Shown here one piece after another: positions 20,266 through 30,119 of a stretch of 64,000 nucleotides of DNA. The notes below the pieces were generated by a model. The model saw nothing but the letters and a program-made list of their open reading frames with translations. It was not told where the DNA came from and searched no databases. Source of the DNA: a virus (taxonomy: Duplodnaviria; Caudoviricetes); IMG/VR virus record IMGVR_UViG_3300032038_000061, positions 7,259 through 71,258 of that record; one strand, given 5' to 3'. The position numbers and the translations under genes were made by a program. Position 1 is the first letter of the stretch. Each line of letters opens with the position of its first letter.

Positions 20266-20433
20266 GATAAAAACATTTTTTAATATATATATTATTTTAA
20301 TGCATATACGAGAAAGAAATAATAAGAAAGGAGTAATTTATGATTTGTTAAAAACATCTTACTCGTATAATTGCAAATCACGCAGTCGGTTTATAACGTC
20401 GACAGACGTAAAAATGTAGAAAGGAAAATTATT

Positions 20434-21045
20434 ATGAGAATTAAAATGTCAACAATCAAGAACGCCATTAATCACAAGAAAACCCCTGAAGATTTCAAGG
20501 AACTTCTTCATTCATACGCAGGCAATGATACAGAAAAACTTGGAAAAACAATTATTTTCTGTATTAACGACGACTCATCAAGATATTTACAACATGAATT
20601 ACAACTTCTTGATGAAATGATTGACTTTAATGATGTTGAATTCATCGAATTCAGACGATTCAACAATAATGATGCATATGTCAGGAGAATCAATGAATTT
20701 GCTGACAGTCATTCGTATAAACAATGTGCTAATGTCGCTGGTTACTCTATCGTTTTCCACAGAAATAGAAATAAGACGATAAACTTCCATCTCGAAGTTG
20801 ATGCATCGGATGCGAAGCTTAAAAGACTCGCTATAGGGATTCATCAACTTTTCCTTGGCAATGTTGATTACATCGAAAATAATCTATTCCTTAATTGCAA
20901 CGATGATATTACAGTTCTATGTGATGCTGTTAACGCTAAAAACAAACTGAAAGCTTTAATGCTTTTCAGAAAAGCTTTCTGGGATATCACCAGTGAGGAA
21001 ATTGACAAAATTATTGACAACATGAAAACAGACGAAAACAAATAA
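20434..21045 (+). CDS. Hypothetical protein (203 aa) with a long structured leader
   Basis: GAAAGGA SD before ATG 20434; the TTG at 20371 lacks an SD. Confidence 0.75.
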   Translation: MRIKMSTIKNAINHKKTPEDFKELLHSYAGNDTEKLGKTIIFCINDDSSRYLQHELQLLDEMIDFNDVEFIEFRRFNNNDAYVRRINEFADSHSYKQCANVAGYSIVFHRNRNKTINFHLEVDASDAKLKRLAIGIHQLFLGNVDYIENNLFLNCNDDITVLCDAVNAKNKLKALMLFRKAFWDITSEEIDKIIDNMKTDENK

Positions 21046-21124
21046 TCAAAACCACGTTAAAAAGAGGGATTGAAATATATCCCTCTTCAAAATAAATTTA
21101 AATAACTTTCAGGAGGAAATTAAA

Positions 21125-22072
21125 ATGAAAGACATTAGAAAATTTAACAATGAAGGCAACACAACAGCAGCAGGTTACGATATTGGAGTAACAGGTACAG
21201 CTCAGACTTTCGATACTGGTGCGGTAAGAAACACAAAAGGAGGAAAAGGTATATTCGGCGATTTCATCAAAGCATTCACCAACAGATTCAAAACAATCAG
21301 AAATGATTACATTGAAGCAAATCACAGTGAATTTGATATCGCTGCAGAAATCCCGATATCAACATCAAGCATCATGGATGCGATTGTTGATGGTGATTAT
21401 ATCATGGCTATCATCAGAATTGCAACGCTTCGTTATTGCCATGAATCACATGCGGTGCCATTCGAATGGGTAGGTTCATCAACGCTTCTTGAAGAATCCG
21501 ATATCCTTAAAATAACAAACGAAACATTTGCAGCACTTGTGATACATTACCAGAAGATTGTTGAAATATGCGGTATTGATAATTGGAAGGAAGGAATTCC
21601 GACATCGAGTTTCATTCCTTCAGCAATGGTACACTTCATTCAATACGTGAGTGGAATGACTGATGAGGATCATTCAATTGCTGCAATATGGAATCTTGTA
21701 GGGGCATTCTGGAATGAAGACCAGACACTTCTTGAAAAGATTGAAACAACAAACACTACAAACACTGAAAAGCCAGAAACTGAAGAAGATGAAGAAGATT
21801 TTAACTTCACGATTCCCGGTAAAACATGGGAAACACTAGCAAGGCTTTCAGCTTCGATTAATGAAGAAAAAAGACAAGCACAGGCTCCAGCGGAAGAAGA
21901 CAAGACACTTACTGACATAATTACAAGAATCAACGATATTGAGAATTTCATCATCGACAGAGTTAATGAAACTCAGAACGAAAAATCCAAGGATGAAGTT
22001 CTGAGTTATGTTGAGCTTTGTGTTGAAGCATTTGAACAAGAGCTCATTGAAATATTCAATGGAGAAGTTTAA
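21125..22072 (+). CDS. dATP/dGTP diphosphohydrolase-like (DUF5664-type) domain protein, divergent, with an acidic C-terminal extension
   Basis: TFDTGAVRNTKGGKG and NWKEGIP.S...SAMVH....SG.TDEDHSIAAIWN motifs, separated by an insertion. Confidence 0.6.
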   Translation: MKDIRKFNNEGNTTAAGYDIGVTGTAQTFDTGAVRNTKGGKGIFGDFIKAFTNRFKTIRNDYIEANHSEFDIAAEIPISTSSIMDAIVDGDYIMAIIRIATLRYCHESHAVPFEWVGSSTLLEESDILKITNETFAALVIHYQKIVEICGIDNWKEGIPTSSFIPSAMVHFIQYVSGMTDEDHSIAAIWNLVGAFWNEDQTLLEKIETTNTTNTEKPETEEDEEDFNFTIPGKTWETLARLSASINEEKRQAQAPAEEDKTLTDIITRINDIENFIIDRVNETQNEKSKDEVLSYVELCVEAFEQELIEIFNGEV

Positions 22073-22087
22073 TCAATGAATAATATG

Positions 22088-22110
22088 ATGGCGGGGATTA
22101 TCCCCGCCAT
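22088..22110 (+). terminator. Hairpin ATGGCGGGGATTATCCCCGCCAT, identical to 32822-32844
   Basis: Exact 23-nt duplicate; T-rich tail. Confidence 0.8.
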
Positions 22111-22162
22111 TATTTATTATTTTTTATAAATACATCATTAATATGATGAAAGGAGTGGTGTT

Positions 22163-23050
22163 ATGATAGTAACATCAAAAAGATGTTATCTCAATATCTT
22201 AACTCAGTTAATGGATAGAGATACTCTTCTTAATGCGAATTATTATATCGCAGATAAGAAACAGGCAAATGGATTAGTGGGAATGTCAAACTCATTGGAA
22301 TATGTTGATGAACAAATCGTTGACGTTAGTAGTCTTTACTCACAAGCAGTAGGAAGCTACAACATCAAATATTCCAACGGCGAACTTGATCCAGAACAGT
22401 TCAAAACTGATATGCTTTACGGTAATCAGGAAAATCCGGGAACAACGTTCGAACAGTTTATGAATCATCTTAATAGTTCTTCAAACATGATTGCTGTTTA
22501 TAACTTCTTGTTTAAAGGCGAATTAAGAGGAAATGGTTTACAGATTCTCATATATTATGATGATGAAAATCTGTTAGAATATGGACATTGTGTATGTCAG
22601 TATTTGGCATATAACTTTGGTGTGGATATAATATTTATTGATCCACAATATCGTCCTAATTGTCGTGGATATTCTCAATATCAAGGAGATAAGAATCATG
22701 CTCAACAGGTCATCCATGATTTAAGAGATATCTCATTTTTAGCAAACTTTGACAGAGCAATGACGCAGAGTGAGTATAATGCAAACGTAAGTAACTTGAC
22801 AATCTGGTTGGGGACATTGGAATTTCAGGAATTGTTATATCTGTATGGATTGTTGTTTCCTGATGATCCGTTACCACCGGGTAACTATACCTCGAGTCTG
22901 TTACAAGAAATCATTATCAGTAAAACAACTGCAGGAATGAAGACGGTTGCTAATAGTGATTTGGGTAATCTATATACATTTGATTGGACTTCTGTTCTCG
23001 ATCGTTATGAACGAGAGGCTGAAAACGATTCCAATTTTAATGATATTTAA
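22163..23050 (+). CDS. Hypothetical protein (295 aa)
   Basis: AAAGGAG SD. Confidence 0.75.
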   Translation: MIVTSKRCYLNILTQLMDRDTLLNANYYIADKKQANGLVGMSNSLEYVDEQIVDVSSLYSQAVGSYNIKYSNGELDPEQFKTDMLYGNQENPGTTFEQFMNHLNSSSNMIAVYNFLFKGELRGNGLQILIYYDDENLLEYGHCVCQYLAYNFGVDIIFIDPQYRPNCRGYSQYQGDKNHAQQVIHDLRDISFLANFDRAMTQSEYNANVSNLTIWLGTLEFQELLYLYGLLFPDDPLPPGNYTSSLLQEIIISKTTAGMKTVANSDLGNLYTFDWTSVLDRYEREAENDSNFNDI

Positions 23051-23059
23051 GAGGTAAAA

Positions 23060-23087
23060 AATAATGCGGGTTTAAACCCGCATTATT
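23060..23087 (+). terminator. Perfect 28-bp palindrome AATAATGCGGGTTTAAACCCGCATTATT plus T-tract
   Basis: Read directly from the sequence. Confidence 0.75.
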
Positions 23088-23112
23088 ATTTTTTTTAATG
23101 GAGATGATATAA

Positions 23113-26109
23113 ATGGCAGAAGAATACAGAAATCCTATGTCTGAATATTTATTCAAAATTCAAATGATTGTGTCTAACACAGAATTCAAGAATAAAGAAG
23201 AAGCAGATAAATATGAAACACTTAGATCAAGATTACAGGGTGATGCATATGTAAGAGCTATGACTAAAACAGATATGTTTGAATCGTATGAATATGATAC
23301 AAACGGTTTATACACTTTCTTGATTGAACAAGGTATTGATGAACAACGAGTAATGACATATATAAAATACAAACACATGATTCCTCATAATCTAAAGAGT
23401 GTATTGTTAATAAGAGCAAGAAAATCATTTATTAAACATTATTCAGAGCCCAATAAATATTATTTGAATTTATCAGGTAGACCATTAATAGGAACTGATG
23501 AAGTTGTATTATTACCAGATGAATTCTATTATCAATATGAAAGTGATATGGTATTAACACGTAATGAGCCATTACATAGTATACCAAGTAAATATCTTGA
23601 ATTATTTATCAATTCAGAATACTATGAAAAAACAATGAACGAACATCCTAATGCTACATATTTGAAATATCTTGGTAGTAATGGTATACCAATAGAGATA
23701 TCAAGAAAAGCTCGTGATGGAGATATCATGAGAGTTAATGAAAGTAAGTTATCAACATATCATCCAAAATTTGGTAATGTCAATGTTACTTCTGATTTGG
23801 TGCATGTTTATTGTGAAATATATAGAGAAACTCGAGATTATGTTTATCAAGCATTAAGAGGAGATTTCTCTTCAATATACCCAAACTATAATTCATTAAT
23901 TCGTTTTTTGACAATCTATATGTCCATTGGTAATGCTTTAAACGAATTTCAAAGAAAGTCAACAAAGTTGATATATATGAATAATATAACAGCACATAAT
24001 TTATTCATGTTATATGGATTGCCTTCTGTTATAATGGAAGGAACTCCAATGATTGAATTCCTTAAGAAATTTCGTTTGTTATTAATGGATAAAGGTACAA
24101 ATGTTGTATATCGAGTTAAAGATCTAATTGGTTATGAATATACAGATATCTATACACTCGTAATGGTTAAACAACAAGTATTCGAGAATGGTATTCCTAT
24201 ATATACATATGACAAAGAAACAGGTGAAAAGATTCCTGTACAAAATGTTTTCTTCCGTCGTTTAGGAACTACTGACGATAATACATCCTATTTCAAATTC
24301 AGAGATAGTAGAAAAGAATATACAGTTGAAGAAATAACTTCTGGAGACCCTAGATGGTGGAATACACCCGAAGTCAATTCAATGATTCAGGATATGAATT
24401 ATACATTATCCAATTCAAAATATATTCAATTATCAACACATATGTCTATGGCTGATGTATGGTGGGAATGTGTAATATTCATAAGAGGAATGTTGGATAA
24501 TAAGAATGAGACTGCATCAACGATGATTGATGTCAATTATAATATTAATGGAGGTTCATCAATGAGTTTATTCGATGCTGTATTGACTCTAGTTATATTG
24601 ATGAATTGGCATTCTGTTGATGCATATAATAATAACTTCAGAGGAGATATGTATGTAAACAATGGAAGATATAATGGTAAGATTGCATGTGTTGATATGT
24701 TATTCAATGGATTATATCCAGATAATAAACCAAATGAAGGAGATTATGGTGTTGCAATGCCATTATTACTCGGATTACCTTATAAGATATCTTCTTTTAA
24801 TTTTAATATATTGAATGAAGATCCATCATTTTATACATATCTTCGTACATGTACCTATCTTGAACCATCTACATTTATAATGATACTTGATAAAGTTCTC
24901 AATAGAGATAATGTCAATATAGGTGAAGCTTTAATGACTGATGCTAAATTGATATACAGATATCTTGAAACTAAGTTAAGAGCATCTCGAACGATTCAAC
25001 AATTCCGTCAAGTAACAGATGTATTCTCCAAATTATTCTTAGTAGAACCTGTGAGAGATTGGATTGATAATAATCTACTTAATACAGATGAAATGTTGAT
25101 GCAGTCATATGGAATATCATATCAAGAATTATCTTCATTAAAAACATTCTTTTCTGCAAAAGGAACTACAAATACAAGTGGATCAATTATTCCTGCAAAT
25201 CTGAATATTGTGTATGAAGGAACTATTTATCCTATATACATTTACAATGTCATGAATGAAGATGTGTATGAATTAGAAATCAATGGAAAATATCCATTCA
25301 GAGATAATGGTTTTGTAAAGGCATTTGGAGAAAAAATGCTTGAATTTATTTCATTGGATTTAGAAGGTTCTGGTATATCAGATTCAATAAAAGAGAATTA
25401 TCAAAACATAATAAAAGATAAAGTTGAACTTGAATTAGGTGGTTCTATTGATGGACCCAAGTCATTTGAACAACTATTATTCAGAAAAAACATCTCGTTG
25501 TATAAATATTTAATGAACACAAGAATTGATAATCCCGAAGGATTAATTTTGATAATGAGGGCTATCATTAAAGCTTTGGAAGATTATACAAATACTCCTT
25601 TAAATGGATTGCAGTTTAGAGCTTTAGGATATGAAGAATATTTCCGAATACTTAAAGAAGTAATATCTTATTTTAAATCATATATGGTTGAATTCACTAA
25701 AGAAGAATTTACATATATCTTTGATGGATTATTTGATAACGGTGGAAATTCAAATATGTTAAGGTTGTATGATGAAATGACTTCTGGTAATATAAGAATA
25801 ATACCAAAAGATTCATTAACATTGTTCGATGTAAGTTGTGCAGATGTACATTATCACATGCAGGAAGAAATGTCTTCTATGTATGATGATGCATTATTCA
25901 GAGTTAAATCTAAATATAAGAATTTGAAAAATACTGGATATGATATTTGGTATGATAATGGTAAAAAAATATCCAAAGAACCTTTAAATATAAATGACGA
26001 TACAGAAGTAGTAGCAAATATCGTTTCCGACGGTGTGGCATACAAAATAATCATCAATGGAAGAAATGTAAATACTATTCCTGATAATTATTATGGTAAT
26101 GCTTATTAA
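23113..26109 (+). CDS. Probable baseplate wedge protein (T4 gp7/P2 gpI-like), 998 aa
   Basis: LKKFRLLLMDKGTNVVYRVKDLIG resembles the KGT..ai..l...G signature of wedge proteins. Confidence 0.4.
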   Translation: MAEEYRNPMSEYLFKIQMIVSNTEFKNKEEADKYETLRSRLQGDAYVRAMTKTDMFESYEYDTNGLYTFLIEQGIDEQRVMTYIKYKHMIPHNLKSVLLIRARKSFIKHYSEPNKYYLNLSGRPLIGTDEVVLLPDEFYYQYESDMVLTRNEPLHSIPSKYLELFINSEYYEKTMNEHPNATYLKYLGSNGIPIEISRKARDGDIMRVNESKLSTYHPKFGNVNVTSDLVHVYCEIYRETRDYVYQALRGDFSSIYPNYNSLIRFLTIYMSIGNALNEFQRKSTKLIYMNNITAHNLFMLYGLPSVIMEGTPMIEFLKKFRLLLMDKGTNVVYRVKDLIGYEYTDIYTLVMVKQQVFENGIPIYTYDKETGEKIPVQNVFFRRLGTTDDNTSYFKFRDSRKEYTVEEITSGDPRWWNTPEVNSMIQDMNYTLSNSKYIQLSTHMSMADVWWECVIFIRGMLDNKNETASTMIDVNYNINGGSSMSLFDAVLTLVILMNWHSVDAYNNNFRGDMYVNNGRYNGKIACVDMLFNGLYPDNKPNEGDYGVAMPLLLGLPYKISSFNFNILNEDPSFYTYLRTCTYLEPSTFIMILDKVLNRDNVNIGEALMTDAKLIYRYLETKLRASRTIQQFRQVTDVFSKLFLVEPVRDWIDNNLLNTDEMLMQSYGISYQELSSLKTFFSAKGTTNTSGSIIPANLNIVYEGTIYPIYIYNVMNEDVYELEINGKYPFRDNGFVKAFGEKMLEFISLDLEGSGISDSIKENYQNIIKDKVELELGGSIDGPKSFEQLLFRKNISLYKYLMNTRIDNPEGLILIMRAIIKALEDYTNTPLNGLQFRALGYEEYFRILKEVISYFKSYMVEFTKEEFTYIFDGLFDNGGNSNMLRLYDEMTSGNIRIIPKDSLTLFDVSCADVHYHMQEEMSSMYDDALFRVKSKYKNLKNTGYDIWYDNGKKISKEPLNINDDTEVVANIVSDGVAYKIIINGRNVNTIPDNYYGNAY

Positions 26110-26143
26110 AAAAATAATGTAAATTTTATTATACATTATTTTA

Positions 26144-26321
26144 GATATCAGAGTTTGATAATGTGTAAGTTTTTTATTTTATGTAAATCACTTCTTAAAG
26201 TGACCTATTGTTGAACTGATTAGTCGGTTATCTGTTTTGATTGCGAATGGTATGTTGTGTGATGTTGTACTGCATTTATCATTCGTAATATTCTTTTTAG
26301 TATCTTTATTACTCTGATATC
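26144..26321. ncRNA. Candidate structured RNA unit 1 (178 nt, closed by an 11-bp terminal inverted repeat)
   Basis: GATATCAGAGT (26144) / ACTCTGATATC (26311); internal CGAATG/CATTCG stem; 19-nt hairpin shared with unit 2. Confidence 0.45.
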
Positions 26322-26372
26322 CAATTAAATAACATATTTAAAACAAAAAATAGATTTCTACTCATATTTGTA

Positions 26373-26631
26373 TGATGTCAAGAAGTAAGTAATCTATGTT
26401 AACCTCATATCGTAGATATTTTATATAGATCACTTCTTAAAGTGACCAACAGATGATCCAGTTATTACTGGTGAATCCTTTTTATTCTAAATCATTTCTA
26501 TAAAACGGATTTGTATTCTTAATGATTTTCATATCTTTGAAAGTGTTTATGTTATAAACACTTTCAGTTATAAAAGAATTCTTGTTCATGTATTCACCTC
26601 CTTTTTGTTATATTCTTACTTCTTGACATCA
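26373..26631. ncRNA. Candidate structured RNA unit 2 (259 nt, closed by a 17-bp terminal inverted repeat)
   Basis: TGATGTCAAGAAGTAAG (26373) / CTTACTTCTTGACATCA (26615); 13-bp internal hairpin TGAAAGTGTTTAT/ATAAACACTTTCA; shared ATCACTTCTTAAAGTGACC. Confidence 0.45.
26482..26589 (-). CDS. 35-aa small ORF MNKNSFITESVYNINTFKDMKIIKNTNPFYRNDLE inside RNA unit 2
   Basis: AAGGAGGTG SD with ATG 5 nt after it; hand-translated. Confidence 0.45.
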   Translation of the reverse strand: MNKNSFITESVYNINTFKDMKIIKNTNPFYRNDLE

Positions 26632-26668
26632 ATAAAAATATATGTTTAAAATAAAAAATATAGAATTA

Positions 26669-26691
26669 ATGTGGGGCTATAAGCCCCACAT
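26669..26691 (-). terminator. Hairpin ATGTGGGGCT-ATA-AGCCCCACAT, sbcC terminator
   Basis: Just downstream of the sbcC stop. Confidence 0.7.
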
Positions 26692-26699
26692 ATAATATT

Positions 26700-29222
26700 C
26701 TATTTTCTTGATATATCTATTGTATAAACTATATGGTCATACTGTCCAGGATTTAAGCTATGAGAAATCAAGAACAGTTGTTCCAATTTCAATGTAGCCA
26801 TCATCTCTTGAATCATCATTATGAATGAATCATGCATATATGAATCGAGATATGCATCTATTTCATCTATTAATGGACACCCATAATGAGTCAATATAGA
26901 TGCTAAAGATAATTCCAACGCTAATGAAAGTAAGGTGCTTTCACTTTGACTTCCATAACGGATATCATTTGATGTATGAGAACCACATCTGAAAGGTAAT
27001 GAAAATGTTGATTCGTCGATGGTTGGTGTCAACATCTCTATTTCTCCATCGTACATTATGTCCAATAATCTATTCGTCATCATAAGAGCTGTTTCAACAG
27101 TGTCTCTTATTGCAATAACAGGTTTTCCTTTTGTACTACTGGTTGCTTCTGCGATAACCTTGTACTTTTTATCATTTGATAAATGCTTTTCTATTTCAGC
27201 AACTGTGTTATTATATTGATTATATGAGTCTGATAGAAGCTTAACTTCGTTCATTACGATTGTTAATCTGGAATTTATCTCATTATACTGATTATTGTAT
27301 AATGATAAATCTTGTTCAGAATGAATGAGTTTATCATTCAATTCATTGAGTTGTTGATATCGTTTTTCCAGCTCTTCAGGATTCAGATGCTGTACCTGAG
27401 ATAACATCATTCGATGTTTATCATTGATATTGATTCTATCAGTAATACTGTTTATTTCAATATCTATTTGATTTACTTTATTTCTTAATTCATTTATTTG
27501 ATTATTGATGCTATTGATAGTTGAATCAGTGTCATCGATTGGCAATAACAGATCCTTCATGTTTTCAATAGTCTTTTCAATATTACTCAATTGAGAAATG
27601 TATTGAGTACGTTGTTCAATCTTAGCAGCTTCTTCCATGAGATATTGTACATACATTACATCGATACCAATTTTATTATTGACAAGATTCTTCATTATCG
27701 AAACTATGTTGAATATATCCTGTAATTCTTTTGGAAATTCTGTATTCAATAAACGATTAATTGTTTGCACGTTCTTATATGCATGATCAAGTTGTTCAAT
27801 ATCATATTGAGTAAACTTTGATTCTGATGCACTCTGATATGAACGAAAATATGTTTCTAATAATTCATGAGTTTTCCTATAGACACAATTTGGAAATACA
27901 CATTCCTTATCAACATGATCCCCATTAACAGAGTTTATCATACTTCTGATTCTTGATATTGTACTCTTTTCTTTTTCAGTATCCATAAGAATACTACCTT
28001 CTTGAATAAGGAATGCCGAAACATCAATTCCACGTTCAATCATTTCAGCAAACATCTTCAAATGTTTTTGATTCAAGGATGAAACGATTTCAACACAAGT
28101 ATCATTTATAACTTGACCTAAAGAAACCATGCTTTTGAAATATGATGATGAAGCAGATACTTCTATCTCGGGAACGATATTATCTATCTTTGAACATAAT
28201 TCATTCCTTAAATTAACCATGTTATTGTAATCATTAGAAGCACGTTTACTTGCCATTATTGTATTCTCGATATTATTCTTCTTATCATAAAGAATGTCGA
28301 TATCCTTTAGAATCATCAATCTATCATTCTTTAAATTACTCAAAGAATTATTTAGATCAATCTGTTCATTAACCAATTTATCATATGATTGATTATCAAA
28401 ACTACCAAGTTCTGATATTACATTTAAATATGAAGAACGTTTGTTGTTTACATCAATTAATTCATTATGGACATTTTGATTACGTATGATTGAAATCTGT
28501 CCTGATAACATTGCAATGTTTGATTTGATAGATTCAAGTTGTGTTGATAGATTATTACATTCCGTTTGTTTTTCCCGTAGCAGCATACATAAATTGTCAT
28601 ATGAACTATACTTGGAAAGAATAAATTCTTTTGTATTATTCAATGACGTAATTAGTTTGTTTGTATAACGATAGTCATCTGTTGCGAGTTTATGAATCTT
28701 ATCATATATATCTATACCCATGGCTTTATTCAACAGATTTTTACGTTGTGTAGTATTCATATTGGCAAACGAAGTTAACTGTGTTCCATTTATAATAAAT
28801 TGGAATACATACTTATTGATACCGAGTATCTTTTCAATAAGAGTGTTGAATACGTTAACACCACCGCTCGGATTGAGTTCAACCCCATCATGTATCAATG
28901 ATGATGTTATTGAATGTGATGATCGTGTTGGTTGATAGGTATGTGTTATTGTGTAGATTTCTCCATTAACATCATATACAATCTTCTTAACACCGATCTG
29001 TTTAGGAAGTATCAATGATAAGTCAGAGCGTTCATCACCATTAAGATTGATACTACTGAATGGATGAAGCTGTTGAATCAATACGGTTTTTCCACAACGG
29101 TTCTTACCGTATATCTGGATGATGGGTTTATTGATTTTATCGAATTCAAGTTCGATTTCTTTTAAACCCATCGCTGCATGTACACCTATAAAATTGACCA
29201 ATTTGATATATAATATCTTCAT
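26700..29222 (-). CDS. sbcC: SbcC/Rad50-like SMC-family ATPase
   Basis: GKNRCGKT Walker A, long coiled coil, degenerate signature YGSQSE, LIDEIDAYLD Walker B/D-loop, FLISH. Confidence 0.85.
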   Translation of the reverse strand: MKILYIKLVNFIGVHAAMGLKEIELEFDKINKPIIQIYGKNRCGKTVLIQQLHPFSSINLNGDERSDLSLILPKQIGVKKIVYDVNGEIYTITHTYQPTRSSHSITSSLIHDGVELNPSGGVNVFNTLIEKILGINKYVFQFIINGTQLTSFANMNTTQRKNLLNKAMGIDIYDKIHKLATDDYRYTNKLITSLNNTKEFILSKYSSYDNLCMLLREKQTECNNLSTQLESIKSNIAMLSGQISIIRNQNVHNELIDVNNKRSSYLNVISELGSFDNQSYDKLVNEQIDLNNSLSNLKNDRLMILKDIDILYDKKNNIENTIMASKRASNDYNNMVNLRNELCSKIDNIVPEIEVSASSSYFKSMVSLGQVINDTCVEIVSSLNQKHLKMFAEMIERGIDVSAFLIQEGSILMDTEKEKSTISRIRSMINSVNGDHVDKECVFPNCVYRKTHELLETYFRSYQSASESKFTQYDIEQLDHAYKNVQTINRLLNTEFPKELQDIFNIVSIMKNLVNNKIGIDVMYVQYLMEEAAKIEQRTQYISQLSNIEKTIENMKDLLLPIDDTDSTINSINNQINELRNKVNQIDIEINSITDRININDKHRMMLSQVQHLNPEELEKRYQQLNELNDKLIHSEQDLSLYNNQYNEINSRLTIVMNEVKLLSDSYNQYNNTVAEIEKHLSNDKKYKVIAEATSSTKGKPVIAIRDTVETALMMTNRLLDIMYDGEIEMLTPTIDESTFSLPFRCGSHTSNDIRYGSQSESTLLSLALELSLASILTHYGCPLIDEIDAYLDSYMHDSFIMMIQEMMATLKLEQLFLISHSLNPGQYDHIVYTIDISRK

Positions 29223-29378
29223 ACTATTTTTTCTCCTTTGTATATTTATATTTTTATTGTGTCATGAGAATAATGTGTATTTAAAAATATTTTTATTTTT
29301 AAAACATATATAATTCTTTTGAACAGTACCACGATGTGTTACTGTAAATTACATTTTATGAAAGGAAGTTGATTTCAA

Positions 29379-30053
29379 ATGGAAACAACGAACAAATTCA
29401 CAGAAAGACGTCAGAACTTTATGGAGACTTACAAGGGTGATATAATCCTTGGGAAGACAATCCCAGAGGTAGCCGCACAACTCATGTATGATGAGTTTGG
29501 TATCAACATCTACGACCACTCACACATCCCGATTGTGTTCACTGTAGGTTGGACTGAGATACTCAAGTATGTATCTAAACAACCTGGAGATGAATTCTCC
29601 ATAGACATCTGTGGTGTACAACTTGAATACGTGACAGAATATTCTGAGTCTGACAAATCGACAAACATTGTACCTCAGATGAGACATAAGAAAGCTCCAA
29701 TCTTCATGAAGCAGAATCATCAGATGCCTATCGGAGCTTCTTATAATGATGAACTCACTGCAAAATATAATGCTTGGAGAAGCGTTAACCTTGCAGAAAC
29801 GCTTAGTTCATTAGAGAATTCAATATTCTCAATAATCCGTAATGAATATGGAATCAACTTGATGGTTGCAAACGTAATACTTCCGTTGATGGCAGCTATC
29901 TATGCTGCAGGTCTTCAGGTTGCACGTGAAACCAAACAGACAATCAATATGTATAATATCTTTGAGATTGATGTACTCGAAGATGATAAGGTAATTCTCA
30001 CACCACTTGCAACAGTAAAACAGTGGTTAAAGAATGACTCAAAACAGCAGTAA
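29379..30053 (+). CDS. Protein with an internal duplication, tentatively a tandem (single-chain) HU/IHF-like DNA-binding fold
   Basis: Repeat YDEFGINI / RNEYGINL, each followed by helix, beta strands and ..P....K..L pattern like HU without long arms. Confidence 0.35.
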   Translation: METTNKFTERRQNFMETYKGDIILGKTIPEVAAQLMYDEFGINIYDHSHIPIVFTVGWTEILKYVSKQPGDEFSIDICGVQLEYVTEYSESDKSTNIVPQMRHKKAPIFMKQNHQMPIGASYNDELTAKYNAWRSVNLAETLSSLENSIFSIIRNEYGINLMVANVILPLMAAIYAAGLQVARETKQTINMYNIFEIDVLEDDKVILTPLATVKQWLKNDSKQQ

Positions 30054-30119
30054 TACGTCAATAATCCATGAAGTTGAAATATACTTCATGGATTTATATA
30101 TTAAAGGAGGAATCTCAAA

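Noticed and set aside
26187-26447. 19-nt direct repeat as a CRISPR or mini-array
   Set aside because: Only two copies 242 nt apart; no spacer-sized spacing and no cas genes.
26144-26631. Retron msr-msd or MITE interpretation of the inverted-repeat units
   Set aside because: No reverse transcriptase or transposase in the window and no target-site duplication seen; kept only as unknown structured units.
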